Of a stretch of DNA of 64,000 nucleotides, positions 37,993 through 44,688 are shown one piece after another (within the stretch, counting starts at the first letter, position 1; every line of letters starts with the position of its first letter). A program made the position numbers and the translations under genes. Where the stretch lies: the NCBI GenBank assembly GCA_027490055.1, contig JAIXYV010000085.1, positions 543 to 64,542 on the forward strand. Reading direction: 5' to 3'. The notes under the pieces are model-generated. The model did no database searches and was not told the DNA's origin. It worked only from the letters and a program-made list of their open reading frames with translations. The stretch is from Bacteroidota bacterium. GTDB lineage: Bacteria > Bacteroidota > Bacteroidia > NS11-12g > UBA955.

Positions 37993-38736
37993 TTACATCA
38001 CCATACCACCGCAAACATTGATTGTCTGTCCGGTAACGTAGGTGCTCATATCGCTGGCCAGGAAAAGACAGGCATTTGCCACATCTTCGGTAGTACCAGC
38101 TTTTTTCAGTGGAATGGTTTCTGCCCAGGTTTTTTTCACTTCTTCATCCAGACCAGCAGTCATTTCAGTTTCTATAAATCCAGGAGCAATGGCATTGCAT
38201 CTTACATTTCTGCTACCAAGTTCTTTGGCCATAGATTTTGTAAAACCAATCATTCCTGCTTTACTGGCGGCATAGTTAGCCTGACCAGCATTACCGGTTA
38301 CACCGACAACTGAAGACATATTGATGATACTGCCAGCTCTGTTTTTAAGGAAAGTTTTAAGACAGGCTTTGGTTAGGTTAAAAGTAGATTTAAGGTTGGT
38401 ATTGATAACGGCATCCCACTGTTCTTCCGTCATACGCATCAATAGTGTATCTTTAGTGATACCTGCATTATTGATTAACACATCGATATTACCGAAATCT
38501 GCTACTACCTGATCAGCCAGCGTTTGAGCTGCATTAAAATCTGAGGCATCGCTTTGATAGCCTATGGCTTTAACACCATATTTTTCTGTCAGTTCTTGTT
38601 CGAAGGCACGTGCTTTCTCAACAGAACTCGCGAAAGTAAAAGCGATATTAGAACCGTTCTTAGCGAACATTTCGGCAATGCCTTTTCCAATGCCTCTGCT
38701 GGCGCCGGTAATTAAAGTTGTTTTTCCTTTTAGCAT
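37993..38736 (-). CDS. fabG: 3-oxoacyl-[acyl-carrier-protein] reductase FabG
   Basis: 247 aa SDR. TGASRGIG, NNAG and YAASKAG catalytic motifs. Confidence 0.9.
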   Translation of the reverse strand: MLKGKTTLITGASRGIGKGIAEMFAKNGSNIAFTFASSVEKARAFEQELTEKYGVKAIGYQSDASDFNAAQTLADQVVADFGNIDVLINNAGITKDTLLMRMTEEQWDAVINTNLKSTFNLTKACLKTFLKNRAGSIINMSSVVGVTGNAGQANYAASKAGMIGFTKSMAKELGSRNVRCNAIAPGFIETEMTAGLDEEVKKTWAETIPLKKAGTTEDVANACLFLASDMSTYVTGQTINVCGGMVM

Positions 38737-38895
38737 AGATGTCTTATTTGTGGGCGAAATTAATTAAAATTGACCTAGTTTAAACAATATTAGTAGATAT
38801 TTTAAAATGCGGGTCAGAAATTGGGGTGAAATATCCTTGCAGACGTTAAAGGTATCGTTAGACACTGTGATTCCGAAGTGCAAGGTGCGAAGCCT

Positions 38896-38967
38896 CCTAT
38901 TCCCTAATACCTATAACATTTAACCATTAACAAATAACCAATATCCATTAACCATTAACAATTAACC
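38896..38967. repeat. Tandem heptanucleotide array, left block (10 degenerate units)
   Basis: CCTATTC CCTAATA CCTATAA CATTTAA CCATTAA CAAATAA CCAATAT CCATTAA CCATTAA CAATTAA, read directly from the sequence. Confidence 0.95.
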
Positions 38968-39062
38968 GGCACCGCTGGGACCGGCCTATAAGTTTTTACG
39001 TCTAATACCAATGATCCCGCAGCATCGCTGATGCATCGAAGTGTATACGCATGAGGTAGTCC

Positions 39063-39200
39063 CTATTAACCAATGACGATTAACCAACAACCATTAACGA
39101 TTAACCATTAACCATTAACCAATAACCATTAACCATTAACCAATAACCATTAAACATTAACCATTAACCAATAACCATTAACGATTAACGATTAACCAAC
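39063..39200. repeat. Tandem heptanucleotide array, right block (19 units plus a partial; consensus CCATTAA)
   Basis: Eight exact CCATTAA units plus the variants CGATTAA, CCAATAA, CCAACAA, CCAATGA, ACATTAA and CTATTAA. 21-bp super-period (CCATTAA CCATTAA CCAATAA) from 39105. The last units overlap the GNAT stop codon. Confidence 0.95.
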
Positions 39201-39610
39201 TTCATCGCGTAATGCATAATTCCGCACTCGTCGAATTGCGGACCGTATGTTTCAAACCCCAGTTTTGCATAAAATGGCACCGCATGCAACTGAGCATGCA
39301 TCATCACTTTCTCGGCATAGGGCAAATCTGAGAGTACTGCCTTTACTAATGAGGCTCCTACCCCCGTACCTCTGAATGGTTTCTCGACCGCAAAACGCTC
39401 TAGCTTGATTATGCCTTTGTCTTTGAAACGCCATCTCGCAGTGCCTGCTGGCACACCATCTACATAGGCAATAAAATGCGTGCATTTCTCATCGTCGTCG
39501 TCGTATTCCTCTGATGGATCTACCACCTGCTCGATAACAAAAACATTTTTCCTAATCTCAAATGCCTGTGCCTTTTGCTCAGAACTGGTTATTTTTTTTA
39601 CGTCGATCAT
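39185..39610 (-). CDS. GNAT-family N-acetyltransferase
   Basis: 141 aa. Acetyl-CoA binding segment FRGTGVGASLVKA. Typical GNAT length. Confidence 0.85.
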   Translation of the reverse strand: MIDVKKITSSEQKAQAFEIRKNVFVIEQVVDPSEEYDDDDEKCTHFIAYVDGVPAGTARWRFKDKGIIKLERFAVEKPFRGTGVGASLVKAVLSDLPYAEKVMMHAQLHAVPFYAKLGFETYGPQFDECGIMHYAMKLVNR

Positions 39611-39974
39611 CTTGCTTGAATTTTGTTATAAAATAGGGCCAGCTTGCCAGCCATTTTCTTTTTTTTAGATAGTTGAGGTCGCGCTCATGTGCATAGGCCT
39701 CCTTCTCGAAACTTATTGACATGTATGCTGTGTGATGCTTGAAACCACAACGGAACATGGCCGTCCAGTACTCGATAAAATACCAAATGTAAAATGGTAG
39801 AATTAATAACTCTATCTGCTGTCGGTGATGTATGAGTTCGTGGTTCAGAATAAACTTGTCATTGCGACAATTCTGATTCCTGAAAATTACAAATGGCCAT
39901 AATGCCATGGCTGTAACCTGCTTATTGCGTAAGGTGAAAATGTCGAGCACAAAACCGCTCACTACCACTATCAT
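39579..39974 (-). CDS. Small membrane-associated HExxH protein (putative zinc metallopeptidase-like, uncharacterised family)
   Basis: 131 aa. LNHELIHHRQQIELL contains HExxH followed by a downstream Glu. Hydrophobic segment LILPFYIWYFIEYW. ATGA overlap with the upstream gene and a 32-nt overlap with the GNAT start. Confidence 0.5.
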   Translation of the reverse strand: MIVVVSGFVLDIFTLRNKQVTAMALWPFVIFRNQNCRNDKFILNHELIHHRQQIELLILPFYIWYFIEYWTAMFRCGFKHHTAYMSISFEKEAYAHERDLNYLKKRKWLASWPYFITKFKQDDRRKKNNQF

Positions 39975-41344
39975 CCGTTACCCTGATTTTGCTTGTCTTC
40001 TTCCTCTTTGCGGAGTCGCTCTTCTTCCTCTTTGCGCTTGCGGCGCTCTTCGCGTTCCTTCTCAATCATCTGCTGAAGCTTCTCTTCTTCTGTTAACTCT
40101 TTCTCTGTTCCAGTTTTCTTACTGGCCTCAACAGCTTTCTTATTCAAAGAATCTTTCAGTGTAAGTATCATCCTGCGCAAACTATCGGCCTCATAACTTA
40201 AGTTGATGAACTTGGCCTGTTCAGAAGTGAGTTCATTAGTAACTTTATCGAGCTGCTTAGTTAAATCTTTGGTCTCCAAAAACAAACTATTGCTCTCGTC
40301 GTTCAGCGATTTATTTTTCTTTTCTAAATCTTCAATAGTGGTTTTTTGAGTACTCACCATATTTGTCAGATTGATAATAATATCGCCATCTTCATTACCC
40401 TTCTCAATTCCCTGCTTAAAATCTTTTAATTGATTAAGCTCCTCTTCCATCTGAGCCAGCTGAGTTTTCAGATTTTCATTTTCTATATCCAGACTCTCAA
40501 CCTGCTGTGCCAGTCTGTTCTTCTGTCCGAGTAAAGCCGTGTCATTATTTCTAAGGCCACCACTATTGGATTCACATAATTTGAGTTTGGTTTTATACTC
40601 GTCGAGTTCCTTATCCTTTTTATTGATCTGATCCTTCAGCTTGACAATAATCTGGGTAAACGACTCTTCAATGGATTTAGCATCGGTGCTGCTTAGCGTA
40701 TTTAAATCCTTCTTCTCTTCGGCCATGATTTTTAAATAATCAAATTTGACCTTGCTGTCTGAACCGACATAAATACCAATTTTACCTTTATTGAGTTCGA
40801 TGTCTGTAAACGATTTTAGGTACTGACCATTGATGTATAAATCATACACTTTGTCATAGGTTTTAATAATAATGGTATTGTCGGTTTTAGTGATTGCAGT
40901 GCTTGCTTTAAACCAACCATTACCCGTCCCAATTAAAGGCGTCTGTTTATCTTTAGAAATTTTAAGGATTCTATATTCCTTCTTCTGATTGATTTCGACG
41001 AGAATACCTCCGCTGGTTTCGGCCTGAGCCATCATAACCAGACCAGCACTTTGCTTCTTATTTTTGTGCTCGCCAAAACTAATCGAAGCTTCCAGTTGAA
41101 AGGACGTGTACTCTTCGTTGGAATTGGAGAATAAATAATAGCCCGACTTCTTTGACTTGCGGAACAGTTCGTAATATCCGTTCTGGGCGATGAACAAATT
41201 GTCTGCATTGAAGGTATTGCTCCAGGTCTTATCCACCTGGTTAAACTGTTCATGCAGTAAAAGTTTGGTAAACTCTTTATTGATCTCCTGCCCAAAAGCA
41301 AAAATTCCGGTGCTGCACATCCAAATTAGAAATAATTTCTTCAT
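39971..41344 (-). CDS. Secreted protein: N-terminal LamG/concanavalin-like beta-sandwich, long coiled coil, highly charged tail
   Basis: Signal peptide MKKLFLIWMCSTGIFAFGQ from the ATG at 41344; the ORF track opens at a TTG at 41371. About 190 aa of beta-rich region ending KVKFDYLKI. About 240 aa of heptad-rich sequence. Tail EKEREERRKRKEEEERLRKEEEDKQ. Confidence 0.6.
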   Translation of the reverse strand: MKKLFLIWMCSTGIFAFGQEINKEFTKLLLHEQFNQVDKTWSNTFNADNLFIAQNGYYELFRKSKKSGYYLFSNSNEEYTSFQLEASISFGEHKNKKQSAGLVMMAQAETSGGILVEINQKKEYRILKISKDKQTPLIGTGNGWFKASTAITKTDNTIIIKTYDKVYDLYINGQYLKSFTDIELNKGKIGIYVGSDSKVKFDYLKIMAEEKKDLNTLSSTDAKSIEESFTQIIVKLKDQINKKDKELDEYKTKLKLCESNSGGLRNNDTALLGQKNRLAQQVESLDIENENLKTQLAQMEEELNQLKDFKQGIEKGNEDGDIIINLTNMVSTQKTTIEDLEKKNKSLNDESNSLFLETKDLTKQLDKVTNELTSEQAKFINLSYEADSLRRMILTLKDSLNKKAVEASKKTGTEKELTEEEKLQQMIEKEREERRKRKEEEERLRKEEEDKQNQGNG

Positions 41345-41368
41345 CTTTGCAATTGACTCCTGTTGGAG

Positions 41369-41376
41369 CAAAATTA
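41369..41376 (-). promoter_or_regulatory. Candidate -7 box (TAATTTTG on minus) for the coiled-coil/HExxH/GNAT operon
   Basis: TAnnTTTG match 24 nt upstream of the ATG at 41344. It lies inside the longer TTG-start version of the ORF. Confidence 0.3.
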
Positions 41377-41391
41377 ATATAATTTAGCTAA

Positions 41392-42384
41392 ATGAACCCT
41401 TGTTTTAAATTTTTATTCCCGCTACTCTGTGTTTTTACCCTCTCCTCGTGCTCTAATGATCTGGAAGTTTTAGCCGACTATAAGGAATCTGCCGCCATTT
41501 ACGGTTTGCTTGACCCTAATATGTCTATACAGTTCATTAAAATCAATAAGGTCTTTACCAATGTGAATGCTAAAGCCACTGATGTTGCTAAAATTGCAGA
41601 CTCTCTCTACTTCGATACCATTGCGCCAGAACTGATTGAAAACGGCACTGGCAGACGCATTCCCCTCTACAAAGCCAATATTCTTCTTAAAGACAGCGGT
41701 ACATTTGCCAGTGCGCCAAACTACCTGTATGTAACGAAAGAAAGAATTTACAGCAATCAAACTTACCGCTTCGAACTGCGCTTGCCTAATACCGGCACAC
41801 TGGTAACTGCAGAGACCAATATGGTGAATACCCCATTCTTCCAATTACCCGTAAACTTCGGACAAAGGGTATTCAGTGTCCAACCCGTTGGCACCATTCC
41901 GATCTCTTTCCAATCGCCCCCAAAAGGAAAAATATTCGATGCCTTTTTCTACTTTAACTACATTGAAGTTGACAAAGCGGATACTAATATCAAGACCTTA
42001 AAAACTATAGAATGGAAAATTCTGAGAAGTTACAGAACCCTTACCGATAAGGGCGGCGAGTTTGTCCTGCAAAGAGTTCCAGGTATTTTGTTTTATGATT
42101 TATTGCTCAACTCCATTCCAAAAAACAACAATGTGATCAGACGTTTCACTCAATGTGAACTGGCACTTGTAACTGGTAATCTTGAACTGGATACCTACAT
42201 TCAAGCTTCAGTGCCTTCTATTGGTATAGTTCAAAAACAAAGCGATTACAGCAATATCACGAATGGTGTCGGACTGTTTGCATCGAGAAATACCCTTTAT
42301 CTCAACCAGATTACTATCTCTGATATAACTAAAATTATACTGACGACTGAAGACGATTACCTCCCCTTGGGCTTTGTCAGATAA
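41392..42384 (+). CDS. Lipoprotein, DUF4249-like
   Basis: 330 aa. Lipobox ...FTLSSC. Early YGLLDPN...IKINKVF segment resembles DUF4249 proteins. Assignment tentative. Confidence 0.45.
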   Translation: MNPCFKFLFPLLCVFTLSSCSNDLEVLADYKESAAIYGLLDPNMSIQFIKINKVFTNVNAKATDVAKIADSLYFDTIAPELIENGTGRRIPLYKANILLKDSGTFASAPNYLYVTKERIYSNQTYRFELRLPNTGTLVTAETNMVNTPFFQLPVNFGQRVFSVQPVGTIPISFQSPPKGKIFDAFFYFNYIEVDKADTNIKTLKTIEWKILRSYRTLTDKGGEFVLQRVPGILFYDLLLNSIPKNNNVIRRFTQCELALVTGNLELDTYIQASVPSIGIVQKQSDYSNITNGVGLFASRNTLYLNQITISDITKIILTTEDDYLPLGFVR

Positions 42385-42404
42385 TTGATTATCTACTAAT
42401 TTCC

Positions 42405-42438
42405 TGACAGCTTAAGACATTCTGTCATAATTTTTCTT
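42405..42438 (+). terminator. Weak intrinsic terminator after the DUF4249-like gene
   Basis: TGACAG-N11-CTGTCA stem followed by TAATTTTTCTT. Confidence 0.3.
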
Positions 42439-42529
42439 CCAAACAGGAAAAAAAGCCATGAAAATGCCACGGATAACTGAATGGCACTAGGTTTGAAACC
42501 CCATTGTTATCACGTTGAAATAACATTTT

Positions 42530-44434
42530 ATGAGCAAAATAATAGGCATAGACTTAGGAACAACCAACAGTTGCGTTTCTGTAATGGAAGGTAACGAACC
42601 AGTTGTAATTGCAAACAGCGAAGGAAAAAGAACCACGCCTTCTGTTGTTGGATTTATGAAAGATGGTGAACGCAAAATTGGCGATCCTGCAAAACGTCAG
42701 GCCATCACCAATCCGAGAAACACCATTTTCTCAATCAAAAGATTCATGGGTAACAGCTTCGACCAGGTAACTGTTGAAACAGGCCGTGTACCATATGAAG
42801 TAGTAAAAGGCGACAACAATACTCCCAGAGTAAAAATTGACGATCGTCTTTACACCCCACAGGAAATCAGCGCCATGATTCTTCAAAAGATGAAGAAGAC
42901 AGCTGAAGACTATTTAGGAACTGAAGTAAAAGAAGCGGTTATCACAGTACCTGCTTATTTTAACGATGCCCAAAGACAAGCTACGAAAGAGGCTGGCGAA
43001 ATTGCTGGTCTGAACGTTAGAAGAATCATCAATGAGCCTACTGCTGCGGCATTAGCTTATGGATTAGATAAAAAGAACAGTGAAATGAAAATCGTGGTAT
43101 TCGACTGCGGTGGTGGTACACACGACGTGTCTGTTCTGGAACTTGGAGATGGTGTATTTGAAGTAAAATCTACCGATGGTGACACTCACCTTGGTGGTGA
43201 CGATTTCGATCAAAAAATCATCGACTGGTTGGTGCAAGAATTCAAAGACGAAAACGGTGGTCTTGATTTAAGCAAAGACCCAATGGCGCTGCAACGTTTG
43301 AAAGAAGCCGCAGAAAAAGCTAAAATTGAATTGTCAAGTACCGCTAATACCGAAATCAATCTGCCATACATTATGCCAGTTGACGGTATTCCAAAACACC
43401 TTGTAAGATCTCTAAGCAAAGCTAAATTCGAACAATTAGTAGACGACCTGGTACAAAGAACTATTGAGCCATGCAAATCAGCCCTGAAAAACGCTGGTTA
43501 CAGCACTTCGGATATCGATGAAATCATCCTTGTTGGTGGAAGTACCCGTATCCCTGCTGTACAAGCTGCAGTTGAGAAATTCTTTGGCAAATCACCTTCT
43601 AAAGGTGTAAATCCTGATGAAGTAGTTGCAGTTGGTGCCGCCATTCAAGGTGGTGTATTAACTGGTGAAGTGAAAGACGTATTGTTGCTGGATGTTACGC
43701 CATTGAGCTTAGGTATCGAAACCTATGGCGGGGTAATGACCAAACTTATTGAATCTAACACAACCATTCCAACCAAAAAGAGCGAAACTTTCAGTACCGC
43801 AAGCGATAATCAACCAAGCGTACAATTACACGTATTGCAAGGTGAACGCCCTATGGCTAAAGATAACAGAACCATCGGTATGTTTAATCTTGATGGTATT
43901 CCGCCAGCACAAAGAGGTGTTCCTCAGATTGAAGTAACCTTCGATATCGACGCTAACGGTATCTTGAATGTTAGTGCGAAAGATAAAGGTACTGGTAAAG
44001 AGCAAAAAATCAGAATTGAAAGTTCAAGCGGATTGAGCAAAGAAGAAATCGATCGCATGAAACGCGAAGCTGAAGCTAATGCTGAATCTGATGCAAAAGC
44101 TAAAGAAGAAATAGAAAAGTTAAATGCTGCTGATACTTTAGTATTTACTTCAGAGAAAAACCTGAAAGAATATGGCGATAAATTGCCAGCTGATAAAAAA
44201 CAAGCCATCGAAGAAGCACTGGCCAGTCTTAAAACTGCCCATCAAAACAAAGATGTTGCCGCTTGTGATACAGCCTCCGAAGCGCTTAACAAAGCCTGGG
44301 AAGCTGCCAGTCAGGATATCTACAACGCTCAGCAGTCTGAACAAGCTGAAGGTGCCACTGCAGGTGGTGCAGACAACAATGCAGGCAACGCCGGAGCAGA
44401 TGTTGAAGATGTTTCTTTCGAAGAAGTTAAGTAA
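42530..44434 (+). CDS. dnaK: Molecular chaperone DnaK (Hsp70)
   Basis: 634 aa. [10 protein letters not shown], the GGGTHDVS phosphate-2 region, and full-length Hsp70 colinearity. Confidence 0.97.
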   Translation: MSKIIGIDLGTTNSCVSVMEGNEPVVIANSEGKRTTPSVVGFMKDGERKIGDPAKRQAITNPRNTIFSIKRFMGNSFDQVTVETGRVPYEVVKGDNNTPRVKIDDRLYTPQEISAMILQKMKKTAEDYLGTEVKEAVITVPAYFNDAQRQATKEAGEIAGLNVRRIINEPTAAALAYGLDKKNSEMKIVVFDCGGGTHDVSVLELGDGVFEVKSTDGDTHLGGDDFDQKIIDWLVQEFKDENGGLDLSKDPMALQRLKEAAEKAKIELSSTANTEINLPYIMPVDGIPKHLVRSLSKAKFEQLVDDLVQRTIEPCKSALKNAGYSTSDIDEIILVGGSTRIPAVQAAVEKFFGKSPSKGVNPDEVVAVGAAIQGGVLTGEVKDVLLLDVTPLSLGIETYGGVMTKLIESNTTIPTKKSETFSTASDNQPSVQLHVLQGERPMAKDNRTIGMFNLDGIPPAQRGVPQIEVTFDIDANGILNVSAKDKGTGKEQKIRIESSSGLSKEEIDRMKREAEANAESDAKAKEEIEKLNAADTLVFTSEKNLKEYGDKLPADKKQAIEEALASLKTAHQNKDVAACDTASEALNKAWEAASQDIYNAQQSEQAEGATAGGADNNAGNAGADVEDVSFEEVK

Positions 44435-44461
44435 TTAACCAAAACCACGATAAATCAAAAA

Positions 44462-44487
44462 AGCCCTGAAACCAGGGCTTTTTTTTT
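44462..44487 (+). terminator. Intrinsic terminator of dnaK
   Basis: AGCCCTG-AAAC-CAGGGCT stem followed by a 9-nt T run. Confidence 0.85.
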
Positions 44488-44688
44488 GTGTGTTATGTAT
44501 TTTTAGTTCTTAAATGGTAGTGTTCAGCAAGTCGTGCGACTTAACGATACAAAGATGATATAAATTTTCAGCGTGCTTAGCTCAAATTTACCAAAACCCC
44601 TTCTCAATATATCAAAAGGCAGTTTTAATTGAATTCTGAATTTATAAAATGCCCATAAACCTTAAAAAGTCAGATATGTCTAGATTCT

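Noticed and set aside
38807-38923. A 38-codon ORF (MRVRNWGEISLQTLKV...) running into the left heptamer block.
   Set aside because: It is short, has no signal or promoter, and is terminated by the repeat's own TAA. It is most likely fortuitous.
38896-39200. Whether the regularly spaced short repeats could be a CRISPR array.
   Set aside because: The period is 7 bp with no unique spacers, there are no cas genes in the window, and the units are far too short.
42493-42507. TTGAAACCCCATTGT upstream of dnaK resembles both halves of the proteobacterial sigma-32 heat-shock promoter (CTTGAAA ... CCCCATnT).
   Set aside because: The two halves are fused with no spacer, whereas sigma-32 needs about 13-17 nt. 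RpoH-type regulation is also not expected in this phylum. No CIRCE element was seen either.
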